A DNA stretch of 64,000 nucleotides from Clostridia bacterium (GTDB taxonomy: Bacteria > Bacillota > Clostridia > Oscillospirales > SIG627). Where the stretch lies: the NCBI GenBank assembly GCA_017440805.1, contig JAFSGN010000021.1:510-64509 (forward strand). Reading direction: 5' to 3'. Below, one piece after another: positions 27,414 to 37,549 of this stretch. Numbering within the stretch: position 1 is the first letter of the stretch; the number at the start of each line of letters is the position of its first letter. The position numbers and the translations under genes were made by a program. Under the pieces are notes generated by a model. That model worked only from the letters and a program-made list of their open reading frames with translations. It was not told the origin of the DNA and searched no databases.

Positions 27414-28235
27414 ATGAAAAATATAGTTATAACAGGTGCAGGCGGAATACTTTGCTCATCTTTTGCGGAATTTCTGGCAGAGCAGGGACATAAAGTTGCA
27501 CTTTTAGATTTAAACTATGATGCTGCAAAGGCAGTTTCAGACAGAATAAATTCGAATGGCGGTATATCGGGAGCATACAAATGCAATGTACTTGACAAGG
27601 ATAATATTGAAGAAGTACATCAGAGCATTTTAAAAGATTTTGGCAAGTGCGATATACTTATTAACGGTGCGGGAGGAAACAGCCCGAAATGCACAACAAG
27701 GAATGAGGAGTTTCAGGACGGTGACCAGGACGCCGTAGATTTTCTGACATTCTTCAATATAGACGAAAGAGGTTTTGACTTTGTGTTTGACCTCAATTTA
27801 AAAGGTGTGCTTCTCCCCAGCCAGATATTTATCAAGGATATGATAGGCAGAGAGGGATGCTGCGTTCTTAATATTTCGTCTATGAACGCATATAGACCGC
27901 TTACCAAAATCCCGGCATATTCTGCTGCAAAATCTGCAGTTTCAAACTTTACACAGTGGCTGGCAGTTCATTTTGCAAAACAAAACATCAGAGTAAATGC
28001 CATAGCCCCCGGATTTTTTGTAACTAATCAGAACAGAGCGCTTCTCTTCAATGACGACGGCACTCCCACTCCCAGAACAGAAAAAATACTCCGTTCCACT
28101 CCTATGGGAAGATTTGGGGAATCAACCGAACTTTTAGGAACAATGGAATGGCTTCTTGATGAGAAAAAATCCGGTTTTGTAACAGGTATAACAGTTCCTG
28201 TAGACGGTGGTTTTTCGGCATATTCCGGTGTTTAA
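27414..28235 (+). CDS. SDR-family oxidoreductase (probable D-mannonate/fructuronate oxidoreductase)
   Basis: ITGAGGILC Rossmann motif and YSAAK catalytic motif. Its position between uxuA and eda suggests the role. Confidence 0.8.
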   Translation: MKNIVITGAGGILCSSFAEFLAEQGHKVALLDLNYDAAKAVSDRINSNGGISGAYKCNVLDKDNIEEVHQSILKDFGKCDILINGAGGNSPKCTTRNEEFQDGDQDAVDFLTFFNIDERGFDFVFDLNLKGVLLPSQIFIKDMIGREGCCVLNISSMNAYRPLTKIPAYSAAKSAVSNFTQWLAVHFAKQNIRVNAIAPGFFVTNQNRALLFNDDGTPTPRTEKILRSTPMGRFGESTELLGTMEWLLDEKKSGFVTGITVPVDGGFSAYSGV

Positions 28236-28310
28236 TTAAGCGAGTATTTTTAACCTTTTTGCAGATGCAAGGCACTGATTAATTTTGTGGTTTAAGGAGT
28301 AAAGTTGAAT

Positions 28311-28940
28311 ATGGAAAACAAACTTAGAAATTTTGGTGTTGTCTCTGTAGTTGTACTTAATGATAAAAAAGATGCAAAACCTTTGGCAGAAGCACTTATT
28401 AAGGGCGGACTGCCGTGTGCAGAGATTACATTCCGCACCGATGCGGCAGAAGAATCTATCAGAATAATCTGCGAAAATTTCCCCGATATGTTGGTGGGAG
28501 CAGGAACCGTACTGACAATATCTCAGGTGGACAGAGCAGTAAACGCAGGTGCAAAATTTATTGTAAGTCCCGGTTTTGACCCTGAAATAGTTGATTATTG
28601 TATTTCAAAGAATATTCCCGTTTTCCCCGGATGCATAACTCCTTCGGAGGTTGCACAGGCGGTAAAAAGAGGACTGAAGGTTATTAAATTCTTCCCTGCA
28701 GAGCAGGCAGGCGGTGTTTCTATGATTAAGGCAATGGCGGCACCGTACAATATGGTGACATTTATGCCTACAGGCGGAATTAATGCCAAAAATTTAAAAG
28801 ATTATCTTGAATGCAAGAATATCATTTGCTGCGGCGGAAGTTGGATGGTCAAAGGAGACCTTATTTCAGAAGGTAAGTTTGACACTATCGAACAAATGAC
28901 CAAAGAGGCAGTTGAACTGGTAAAATCAATAAGAGGCTAA
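28311..28940 (+). CDS. eda: 2-dehydro-3-deoxyphosphogluconate (KDPG) aldolase
   Basis: GLPCAEITFRT...GAGTVL...KFFPAE...PTGGI are the Eda/KdgA family motifs. Confidence 0.88.
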   Translation: MENKLRNFGVVSVVVLNDKKDAKPLAEALIKGGLPCAEITFRTDAAEESIRIICENFPDMLVGAGTVLTISQVDRAVNAGAKFIVSPGFDPEIVDYCISKNIPVFPGCITPSEVAQAVKRGLKVIKFFPAEQAGGVSMIKAMAAPYNMVTFMPTGGINAKNLKDYLECKNIICCGGSWMVKGDLISEGKFDTIEQMTKEAVELVKSIRG

Positions 28941-28952
28941 GAGGAGAAAGGT

Positions 28953-30050
28953 ATGAACTTAAATTTAAAGGATAAATCGCAGTGTAAATATGATGCGGTG
29001 TCCCTGGGTGAAGTTATGCTTCGTCTTGACCCGGGTGAAGGAAGAATAAGGACCGCAAGAAGTTTCAGAGCCTGGGAAGGCGGCGGAGAGTATAATGTTA
29101 TCCGCGGACTTCATAAATGTTTCCGTATGGATACTGCCGTTCTTACTGCATTTGCAGAAAATGAAGTGGGATATCTTATGCAGGATTTTATTGAACAGGG
29201 CGGGGTAGATACATCTCTGATTAAATGGATGAAAACCGACGGCATCGGAAGAGTCTGCAGAAACGGACTTAATTTTACAGAGCGTGGATTTGGTATCCGC
29301 GGTGCAGTCGGATGTTCTGACAGAGCAAATACCGCAATATCAAAAGCAACTCCCGAAGACTTCGACTTTGAATATATATTCGGCAAACTGGGTGTGCGTT
29401 GGTTGCATACCGGAGGTATCTATGCTGCATTGTCGGAACAGTCCTGCAAAACTGTTCTTGAGGCCGTAAAGACAGCAAAAAAATACGGAACAGTAGTTTC
29501 TTATGACCTCAATTACCGTCCGTCAATGTGGAGTGCTATAGGCGGAATTGAAAAAGCACAGGAAGTCAACAAGGAAATAGCAAAATATGTTGATGTGATG
29601 ATAGGAAACGAAGAGGACTTTACCGCTTGTCTGGGACTTGAAATTGAGGGCAACGACAAAAACCTCAAAGAACTTAATCTTGACGGATATAAGAAAATGA
29701 TACAGCAGGCGGCGGATATATATCCTAATTTTAAGGTTATTGCAACAACTCTGCGTGAAGTAAAAACTGCAACCGTAAATGACTGGAGTGCAATTTGCTG
29801 GTCAGACGGTACTGTTTATAAGGCAAAGGACTACAAAGCACTCGAAATTATGGACAGAGTCGGCGGCGGTGATTCATTTGCCTCCGGACTGATTTACGGA
29901 CTGATGACAACAGAAAATGCGGAAATGGCTGTAAATTACGGTGCGGCACACGGTGCACTTGCAATGACAACACCCGGAGACACCACTATGGCAAACTTAA
30001 AAGAAGTTGAGGCAATTATGGGTGGTGCCGGATCGAGAGTACAGAGATAA
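28953..30050 (+). CDS. kdgK: 2-dehydro-3-deoxygluconokinase (PfkB sugar kinase)
   Basis: 365 aa with the PfkB signature DRVGGGDSFASGLIYG, in the context of uxuA and eda. Confidence 0.83.
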   Translation: MNLNLKDKSQCKYDAVSLGEVMLRLDPGEGRIRTARSFRAWEGGGEYNVIRGLHKCFRMDTAVLTAFAENEVGYLMQDFIEQGGVDTSLIKWMKTDGIGRVCRNGLNFTERGFGIRGAVGCSDRANTAISKATPEDFDFEYIFGKLGVRWLHTGGIYAALSEQSCKTVLEAVKTAKKYGTVVSYDLNYRPSMWSAIGGIEKAQEVNKEIAKYVDVMIGNEEDFTACLGLEIEGNDKNLKELNLDGYKKMIQQAADIYPNFKVIATTLREVKTATVNDWSAICWSDGTVYKAKDYKALEIMDRVGGGDSFASGLIYGLMTTENAEMAVNYGAAHGALAMTTPGDTTMANLKEVEAIMGGAGSRVQR

Positions 30051-30077
30051 TCCAAAATATAACATACAAATCAGACT

Positions 30078-30116
30078 AAAAACCTTTACGGAAGAGTTTT
30101 CCGTAAAGGTTTTTTT
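30078..30116 (+). terminator. Terminator after kdgK
   Basis: AAAAACCTTTACGGAA-loop-TTCCGTAAAGGTTTTTTT. Confidence 0.8.
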
Positions 30117-30264
30117 GCAGTCGATTGTTCAGAAACTCACAAGAAATGTTTATAAAACACTTGATTTTAAAGTGGTTTTGCAGTATAATAAATATGTTAA
30201 CTGTATTTTGATTTTCTAAAAACAGATTATTTGACATTGGTCAATGAATTGCATGGGAGTCATT

Positions 30265-31176
30265 ATGAAAATAGATGATTTACAATCTGAAATTCTCAGA
30301 TTAAAAAAGGAAAATGATTTTTGTATTCTCGCACATAGTTATCAGGGCAGGGAAATAACTGAAATTGCCGATTTTGTCGGTGATTCATTTCAATTAAGCC
30401 GTAAAGCGGAAAGCGTATCAAACAAAAACATTATAATGTGCGGAGTGCGGTTTATGGCTGAAACCGTAAAAATCCTTTCACCTCACAAGAATGTTTATCT
30501 TTCAAACAGGTTTGCGGGTTGCCCCATGGCAGAACAGATGGATAAGCAGAGTGTGATAGATTTTAAAAAGCAAAATCCCGACTATGTTGTTGTTTGTTAC
30601 ATAAATACCACCGCTGACCTGAAAACAGTGTGTGATGTGTGCGTCACATCGGCATCTGCCGTCAAAATTATAAAGGAGTTGCCCGAGAAAAACATTCTTT
30701 TTATTCCCGATTGCAACCTCGGAAGTTTTGTAGCGGAAACCGTATCCGGAAAAAACATAAAACTTTTTAACGGCGGCTGTCCAATTCATTCCTCTGTGAC
30801 TGAAAAAGATACATTGGAAATGAAAAAATACTATCCTGATGCACCTCTGCTGGTGCACCCCGAATGTAAGCCCGAAGTGGTAAAACATGCGGATTATGTC
30901 GGCTCAACAACCGGAATCATTGATTATGCAAAAAATGCTCATAACAGGGAATTTATTATAGGTACCGAAATAAGCATTGCGGAGCATTTGCAGTATGAAT
31001 GCCCTGATAAAAAGTTTTATGCATTGTCAGGAAAACTTATTTGCCCCGATATGAAACTCACCACACTTTTTGATGTATACAATGTGATTGTTAATCGGGA
31101 AAATGAGATTACATTAGACGAAAAAATAATCACTGATGCAAGAAAATGCATTGACAGAATGATAGCACTTGGTTAA
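30265..31176 (+). CDS. nadA: Quinolinate synthase
   Basis: 303 aa. ILAHSYQ...VRFMAET...CPMA...HPEC are NadA motifs, including the Fe-S cysteines. Confidence 0.92.
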   Translation: MKIDDLQSEILRLKKENDFCILAHSYQGREITEIADFVGDSFQLSRKAESVSNKNIIMCGVRFMAETVKILSPHKNVYLSNRFAGCPMAEQMDKQSVIDFKKQNPDYVVVCYINTTADLKTVCDVCVTSASAVKIIKELPEKNILFIPDCNLGSFVAETVSGKNIKLFNGGCPIHSSVTEKDTLEMKKYYPDAPLLVHPECKPEVVKHADYVGSTTGIIDYAKNAHNREFIIGTEISIAEHLQYECPDKKFYALSGKLICPDMKLTTLFDVYNVIVNRENEITLDEKIITDARKCIDRMIALG

Positions 31177-31191
31177 ACCCTTGAAAAGGCA

Positions 31192-31230
31192 AACCCCTCA
31201 ATACCATATTGGTTTTGAGGGGTTGATTTT
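31192..31230. terminator. Terminator between nadA and the convergent 144-aa gene
   Basis: AACCCCTCAA-13 nt-TTGAGGGGTT followed by GATTTT. Confidence 0.65.
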
Positions 31231-31663
31231 ATAAAAAGCGTCGTATATCCACGGCGAGTTTTTCTTCTGAGTTCATAAGCCGTTTGGTGATGTCCTTTGA
31301 AACCTCGTCTGCCGCTTTGTACTGATTGAGATATTTACCCAGGGATTTGACACCCATATTGCATCCGTCGGTCATAAGGTCGGCAATAGTCTGGTCGGTA
31401 TTATCCATGGCAAGCATTGCGGTGGTTTTAAGTTTGGACATACTTTTTGCTATGGGGGCAGGTGCTTTTCCCGAGTCATGATATTTGCTTAGTTGTTCGC
31501 GTATTTCTGTTTCGAGTCTGGCGTGTTCATCACGGCAATCGGTAAGTCTTTTTTCCAATGCCTCGGAATGAACATATTTCAGTACATCTTCAATGGAAGC
31601 CACACCCATTTTCACACCGGCATCACACTCACGCAAAAGTCTTACTGTATCCTGTTCTATCAT
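31229..31663 (-). CDS. Hypothetical helical protein (144 aa)
   Basis: Clean ORF with internally repeated helical segments (CDAGVKMGV... / GCNMGVKSL...). No family confidently recognised. Confidence 0.5.
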   Translation of the reverse strand: MIEQDTVRLLRECDAGVKMGVASIEDVLKYVHSEALEKRLTDCRDEHARLETEIREQLSKYHDSGKAPAPIAKSMSKLKTTAMLAMDNTDQTIADLMTDGCNMGVKSLGKYLNQYKAADEVSKDITKRLMNSEEKLAVDIRRFL

Positions 31664-31731
31664 ATGGTCTGTACTCCTTTCGATTTTATTTGTATTATAA
31701 CCGTAAAGAATACAATCTAATCATTTAATAC

Positions 31732-33063
31732 TTAAAATTCAAGTCCCAATACAGACAAAGCACCTAATAAAGACGGAACGGAAACGGAAAAACCGTATTT
31801 CAAGAAATCGAAATATGTATAGGTTATATCTTTCTTTTTAAGAATCATAGTCCACATAATGCCTGCCAATGCTCCTATGGGAGTGAGAAATGCTCCCAGG
31901 TTTGAGCCGATTACCGTAGCAAAAACAGCAGGGATCTGCAGTGTGGCGGGAATAGCATCAATCACCGAACAGAATAAAACACTCATAGGGATATTGTTTA
32001 TTATGTTGGCGCTTAAAAAAGAGGAAAAACCATATCGTAATATTGTATTGTCAGTACCCAGCAGTCCGGAAAACAGTTTTGTGACACCGCTCTCGTCAAG
32101 AGCAAGGATTAAAATAAACATAGACAAAACAAAGGGAATGAGTTGCCAGGGTGCTCGTTTTAAGCAGTTGGTAATCACAACAGGCTTTTTACGGCGAAAT
32201 GCCGAAAGAATGAAAATAAATACAAATAAACTTATGACAGATATGAGAGATACACTCCACATTTCTATGTCAAGGTACGAACTTGCCGCAAGAATAACAG
32301 TGCAAACAGACAGATGAATAAGTCCGATAATAAGCATCGGTATATCGTTGATTTCCGCGGTGGTCTTGCATACGGAAAGTGGTGTTGAAAGGTGTTTTCT
32401 GAAAAAAAGCCAAAGAATTACAAATGCAACAATACCTGCCGCCACAGTAGGCAGAACCATTATTTTGATGTAATAGATAAAGTTGACATGGTAGACGGTT
32501 GCAAGATAAATGTTTGTGGGATTGCCAACTATCAACATCATACTCCAGGTATTTGCCGCAATAAACTGTGCTACAAGGTAGGGAAGAGGATTTATTTTTG
32601 CGTTTTTGGAAAAGTAGCAGATAAATGGGGTAAATGTGAGAATGATTATATCATTTGAAGTGAAAATAGTGAGCAGTGATACGGTAATATACAGAATTAA
32701 AAATAATTTAAACTGATTTTTTCCCGCATAACCAAGTGACTTGTTTGCCAGATATGCAAAAAAACCTATTTCGTCCAACAGCACCGACAAAATTGTCATG
32801 CAAATAAACAGAACCAATATTTTCAGCGGATTAACCGCCGTGTCGGCAGATAAAGCGGAAAAAACCGTTTTGATGTCAATACATCCGCTTATTATCATCA
32901 TAAGTGCCCCTGCAGATATTACAACCCAGTAGGTATCTATGACTTTTCCTCTGACAGAAATTTGCGGTTTGAACAGAACGCAGAAAATCATCAAAAGACA
33001 TGAAAGGGTACCAATTGTAAGTGAAGTAGCCATAATAACTCCCATTATTTCATAATACTTCAT
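31732..33063 (-). CDS. ArsB/NhaD-superfamily permease (anion/ion transporter)
   Basis: 443 aa, about 12 TM, with patterns typical of the ArsB_NhaD permease family (NDIIILTFTP...GNPTNI). Confidence 0.75.
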   Translation of the reverse strand: MKYYEIMGVIMATSLTIGTLSCLLMIFCVLFKPQISVRGKVIDTYWVVISAGALMMIISGCIDIKTVFSALSADTAVNPLKILVLFICMTILSVLLDEIGFFAYLANKSLGYAGKNQFKLFLILYITVSLLTIFTSNDIIILTFTPFICYFSKNAKINPLPYLVAQFIAANTWSMMLIVGNPTNIYLATVYHVNFIYYIKIMVLPTVAAGIVAFVILWLFFRKHLSTPLSVCKTTAEINDIPMLIIGLIHLSVCTVILAASSYLDIEMWSVSLISVISLFVFIFILSAFRRKKPVVITNCLKRAPWQLIPFVLSMFILILALDESGVTKLFSGLLGTDNTILRYGFSSFLSANIINNIPMSVLFCSVIDAIPATLQIPAVFATVIGSNLGAFLTPIGALAGIMWTMILKKKDITYTYFDFLKYGFSVSVPSLLGALSVLGLEF

Positions 33064-33399
33064 TATTATACAATAAGTGACCTATAAATACAATATACAA
33101 AACGCAAAAATAATTTCATATTTAAAAAGGATTTTATGCAACTTGATTAAATCGGCGGAAAAATAAATTTCCATTTATTCAAGTATTTCATATAAAATTG
33201 TGAATAAGTTTTTAAAACTGTTGACTTGATTGAAATTATATGATAAAATGTGTTGTCTGGACAAACAGGATGAAAATGTAAATGCCCCTGTCTTTTGCAA
33301 TATTTTCAAACCGGATTTGATGTATTTGACGGATGTTCGTGCCCGGTGGTTTGTCGCGGTATATTTTACGATAAGGATTGAAAGGGGATATAAAGCCGA

Positions 33400-33858
33400 A
33401 TGAAGAAGCTTTTATGGCTGGTTTTTATTTCAATGGTACCTATAATAGAACTCAGGGGTTCTATACCTGTTGCTGCCGGTATGGATGTGCATCCTGTGGT
33501 CGCGTATATCATTTGCACGGTGTGTAATACAATACCTGTGCCTTTTATTATGCTTTTCGGCAGAAAAATAATTGCTTGGCTCCAGACAACAAAACTGTTT
33601 GGAAACATTGCATTGAAATATGAGAAGCGATTGGCTGAAAAATCACAGAAAATAATGCCGTATGCGTTGTGGGGACTTATGATTTTTGTCGCAATTCCGG
33701 CACCGGGAACAGGAGCGTGGTCAGGTGCAGTAATTGCGGCGATTTTAGACATACGCATGAAATATGCAATCCCCGTGATTTTTGCGGGAGTGCTTGTGGC
33801 AGGTATTATTATGACTCTTGTTTCATACGGCATTGTGGGTGCGTCAAAGTTGATATAA
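33400..33858 (+). CDS. Putative small multidrug export protein (COG2426 / Sm_multidrug_ex family)
   Basis: 152 aa. IELRGSIPVA...VAIPAPGTGAWSGA is the family signature. Confidence 0.72.
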   Translation: MKKLLWLVFISMVPIIELRGSIPVAAGMDVHPVVAYIICTVCNTIPVPFIMLFGRKIIAWLQTTKLFGNIALKYEKRLAEKSQKIMPYALWGLMIFVAIPAPGTGAWSGAVIAAILDIRMKYAIPVIFAGVLVAGIIMTLVSYGIVGASKLI

Positions 33859-34067
33859 ACCGTAATTCGTAAAGATGTCTGTGAATAATTCACTGAAAGA
33901 ATGCATAATAAATATATCAGGCATGACTTTTCTAAAATATCATAAGATATGTTCCGGTGGGGTATGACTGTTAGCAGACAGAGAATGTTACCGATAAAGT
34001 CCGGAGAAATACGACTTTTTCAGAAGGCTGAATATTATTATAAAAATTAAAAACGGAGGAATTTTTT

Positions 34068-34223
34068 ATGTCAAAGTATGTTTGCCCTTGCGGTTATGTT
34101 TATGATGTTGAGGCGGGTGACCCCGATAACGGTGTTGCTCCCGGTACAAAGTGGGAAGATGTGCCCCAAGACTGGGTATGCCCTGTATGCGGTCTCGGCA
34201 AGGATGCATTTGAGGAAGAATAA
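34068..34223 (+). CDS. Rubredoxin (51 aa), not in the ORF track
   Basis: [51 protein letters not shown] has two CxxCG knuckles. SD GGAGGA lies 7 nt upstream. Confidence 0.88.
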   Translation: MSKYVCPCGYVYDVEAGDPDNGVAPGTKWEDVPQDWVCPVCGLGKDAFEEE

Positions 34224-34232
34224 TGTTCGGAT

Positions 34233-34264
34233 AAGGTGAGCAGTTTTACTGTTCACCTTGTTTT
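34233..34264 (+). terminator. Terminator after rubredoxin
   Basis: AAGGTGAGCAG-tttta-CTGTTCACCTT followed by GTTTT. Confidence 0.75.
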
Positions 34265-34414
34265 CTGCCAAAAAATTAACAAAATTTTTGTTAATAATAA
34301 CAAATAATGTATTGCAAACCAAAAAAAATTCTAAAAGACTTGAAAAATATTTAAAAATAGTGTATTATATACATGTCAATATTCGGACAAACCATTTTTT
34401 AGGAGGAAAACATA

Positions 34415-35374
34415 ATGAAGAAAATTATTTCTGTTGTTTTGTTACTCGCAGTTGCAGTGTTTATGTTCTCTTGCACAAGCGATGTAACAACCAAAATGAC
34501 AATGGGTACAGGCGGTACACAAGGTACATATTACGGCTACGGCGGAGTGCTTGGACAGTACATTAAAAACAACGCAAACATAGGTGTTACAGTTGTTTCT
34601 ACCGATGGCTCAAAGGCAAATATTCAGGGAATTGCTGCCGGTAACTATCAGTTAGGCACAGTTCAGTCTGATGTTATGTCATACGCATGGGAAGGAACCC
34701 GTTCCTTTGCAGAAGACGGAAAAGTTGATTCTTTCCGTGTGGTTGCAGGTCTTTATGCAGAGGCTGTTCAGCTTATTACCATGAATTCCGAAATTAAAAC
34801 AGTTGCAGACCTTGCAGGCAAGAATGTATCTATAGGTGCTCCCGGTTCAGGAGTTTACTTCAATGCAATAGATGTTCTTTCCGCTGCCGGACTTACAGAA
34901 AATGATATCAATGCTCAGTATCAGTCCTTCGCAGACAGTACAGATGCATTGAAAGACGGCAAAATTGATGCGGCATTTATTGTTGCCGGCGCTCCTACAC
35001 CTGCAATAGTTGAACTTTGCACAACCAATAGTGCATACCTGGTTCCCATTGACGGTGATGTTGCGGCAAATCTTATTGCAAGTTGTCCTTTCTACACCGC
35101 ATACAATATTCCTGCTGAAACCTATGCAGGACAGACAGAAGATGTTCAGACAGTAACAGTAAAAGCAACTTTGATTGTAAGTTCTTCTGCTTCTGAAGAT
35201 GATGTTTACAACCTTACTGCTGCTATATTTGACAACGCAGAGGCAATTGCTGCCGAAAACGGCAAGGGCGCAGAACTCAGTATTGAAAACGCAACAAGCG
35301 GTATGACTGTTCCGTTCCACGCAGGTGCTGCAAAATATTTTGCTGAAAAAGGCGTAGAAGTATCAATCGGATAA
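34415..35374 (+). CDS. TAXI-family TRAP transporter solute-binding lipoprotein
   Basis: Lipobox FMFSC. GTGGTQGTYYGYGGVLGQ is the characteristic TAXI (TTT/Imp) N-terminal motif. Confidence 0.88.
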   Translation: MKKIISVVLLLAVAVFMFSCTSDVTTKMTMGTGGTQGTYYGYGGVLGQYIKNNANIGVTVVSTDGSKANIQGIAAGNYQLGTVQSDVMSYAWEGTRSFAEDGKVDSFRVVAGLYAEAVQLITMNSEIKTVADLAGKNVSIGAPGSGVYFNAIDVLSAAGLTENDINAQYQSFADSTDALKDGKIDAAFIVAGAPTPAIVELCTTNSAYLVPIDGDVAANLIASCPFYTAYNIPAETYAGQTEDVQTVTVKATLIVSSSASEDDVYNLTAAIFDNAEAIAAENGKGAELSIENATSGMTVPFHAGAAKYFAEKGVEVSIG

Positions 35375-35448
35375 TGTTTTTAGTATATTGAGATGTTGTG
35401 GTTGCGGCAAGAAATTGTCGCAACCGTTTCATATATCAAGGAGAGTTT

Positions 35449-37401
35449 ATGCTTTTTACCAAGAAAAAAGAACCTGCATCACAAGAACCTATGGACTTGG
35501 ATGAGGTAATGAAAAAATATGACCGGGAATCAAACACTCGTATATGGAGCGGTACTCCAAAGTTGTTTGTTAGTATTTTGCTCGGAACATTTTCGTTGTT
35601 TTGTATTTATGTAACTCTTTTTACCACATGGCTGGAAGAGTTTCGTCTTACCACATTCGTGGCATTTATAGTTCTTTTGGGCTATCTTGTATTTCCCGCA
35701 TCCAAGGGTGTACAAAAAGTCAACTATATGCCCTGGTATGATATTCTGCTTATGGTTTGTGGTACAGGTGCATTTTTGTATTATGCCTTTGACGCTATGA
35801 GTATTATTCAGCAGGGGGCAAAATTTGAAGTTTATCAGATTGTAATAGGAATTGTCGGAATAATTTCTCTTGTTGAGGTATGCCGCAGAAGTGTCGGACT
35901 GCCCATAGTTATAGTCGCCCTGTGTTTTATTGTTTATGCTTTTTTCTGGGGACTTTCAAATCCGACAATATGGGGAAAACTGGAATACCTTGTTCATTAT
36001 CTCTTTTTCAGCAAGGAAGGTATTATTTCCACCCCCATAAATGTTTGCTCGAAATTTATTGTTGTATTTATTATATTTGGTGCATTCCTGGAAAGAACGG
36101 GAATTGCGGATTTCTTTATCAAGATTTCCAATGCCGTTGTAGGCGGATTTTCAGGCGGTCCTGCAAAAGTTGCGGTTGTGGCAAGTGCACTTGAGGGTAT
36201 GGTTTCTGGTTCATCTGTTGCCAATACTGTCGGTTCGGGTTCAATTACAATTCCTTTGATGAAAAAGACCGGATATAAGGCAGAATTTGCTGCGGCTGCC
36301 GAGGCAGCGGCGTCTACAGGCGGTCAGATTATGCCCCCTATAATGGGTGCTGCTGCGTTTCTTATGGCGGATTATGTTCGTGTTCCGTACAGTAATATAG
36401 CACTGCGTGCAATGTTGCCTGCGTTTCTTTATTTTGCCGGAATATTTATTGCAGTACACCTTGAGGCAAAAAAAGAGGGGCTCAGAGGTTTGAGCAAGGC
36501 AGAACTTCCCAAGTTTAAGCCTCTTATCAAGAAAATATATCTTATACTGCCTCTTGTTGTTCTTATTTATCTTGTCGGCACAAGTCAGCGTTCTATTCAG
36601 TATGCTGCAGCAATTTCAATTGTTATTGCTATTTTCGTCAGTCTGTTTGACAAAGAAAACCGTATTACACCTAAGAAAATATGGGAATCTCTTGCGGCAG
36701 GCGGACAGGGTATGATAACAGTTGCCGCGGCCTGCGGTGTGGCAGGAATTATTGCGGGAACAATTACTATGACAGGTCTTGCAAACACCATCATCAACGG
36801 TATTGTTGCACTTGCAGGAGATAAGGTAATAATTGCACTGTTACTGACTATGCTTTGCTGTATTGTTCTCGGTATGGGAGTACCTACCACCGCAAACTAC
36901 TGCATTATGGCTGCAACCTGTGCACCTATTCTGGTCCGTATGGGTGTGCCTCAAATTGCCGCACATATGTTTGTATTTTATTTTGGTATTGTTGCTGACC
37001 TTACACCGCCGGTTGCTCTTGCTGCTTATGCCGGAGCGGCAATTGGCCGTGCAAACCCAATGAAGACAGCGGTCACAGCAACAAAACTGGCAATAGGTGC
37101 ATTCATAGTTCCGTACGCGTTTGCACTTAACCCGGCAATGTTGTTTATAGATAATGTCAATGTGTTCAACATATTGGGAATAGCGATTACATCTTTTGTG
37201 GGTATATTTGCCGTTTCGGCATCTCTCGAGGGATATCTTATTCATCATATGAAGTGGTACGAGCGGATTTTATGTATTTCCGGCGGTCTTTTGTTGATTG
37301 ACCCGGAATTGATTACAGACACGATTGGCATCATACTTGTTGCAGTAGTGGTAGTAATTCAGATTTTAAGCAGAAAAAAGTCCAAAGTTCAGTCCATATA
37401 A
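35449..37401 (+). CDS. TRAP transporter fused permease (TAXI-associated DctQM-type)
   Basis: 650 aa, polytopic, directly downstream of the TAXI receptor. SD AAGGAGAG lies upstream of the ATG at 35449. Confidence 0.88.
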   Translation: MLFTKKKEPASQEPMDLDEVMKKYDRESNTRIWSGTPKLFVSILLGTFSLFCIYVTLFTTWLEEFRLTTFVAFIVLLGYLVFPASKGVQKVNYMPWYDILLMVCGTGAFLYYAFDAMSIIQQGAKFEVYQIVIGIVGIISLVEVCRRSVGLPIVIVALCFIVYAFFWGLSNPTIWGKLEYLVHYLFFSKEGIISTPINVCSKFIVVFIIFGAFLERTGIADFFIKISNAVVGGFSGGPAKVAVVASALEGMVSGSSVANTVGSGSITIPLMKKTGYKAEFAAAAEAAASTGGQIMPPIMGAAAFLMADYVRVPYSNIALRAMLPAFLYFAGIFIAVHLEAKKEGLRGLSKAELPKFKPLIKKIYLILPLVVLIYLVGTSQRSIQYAAAISIVIAIFVSLFDKENRITPKKIWESLAAGGQGMITVAAACGVAGIIAGTITMTGLANTIINGIVALAGDKVIIALLLTMLCCIVLGMGVPTTANYCIMAATCAPILVRMGVPQIAAHMFVFYFGIVADLTPPVALAAYAGAAIGRANPMKTAVTATKLAIGAFIVPYAFALNPAMLFIDNVNVFNILGIAITSFVGIFAVSASLEGYLIHHMKWYERILCISGGLLLIDPELITDTIGIILVAVVVVIQILSRKKSKVQSI

Positions 37402-37549
37402 AAATAATATCATGGTAGGGGAAGTGTGTTTTGAATTTTAAAAAGCATCTTCCCCTTTAATAATTATGAGAAAAGCAGTAAAGAGTATTACTGTTGATAT
37501 ATTGTTGCTTTCTGCATATCATATACTCACAATCGAAAGGAATATCAGT

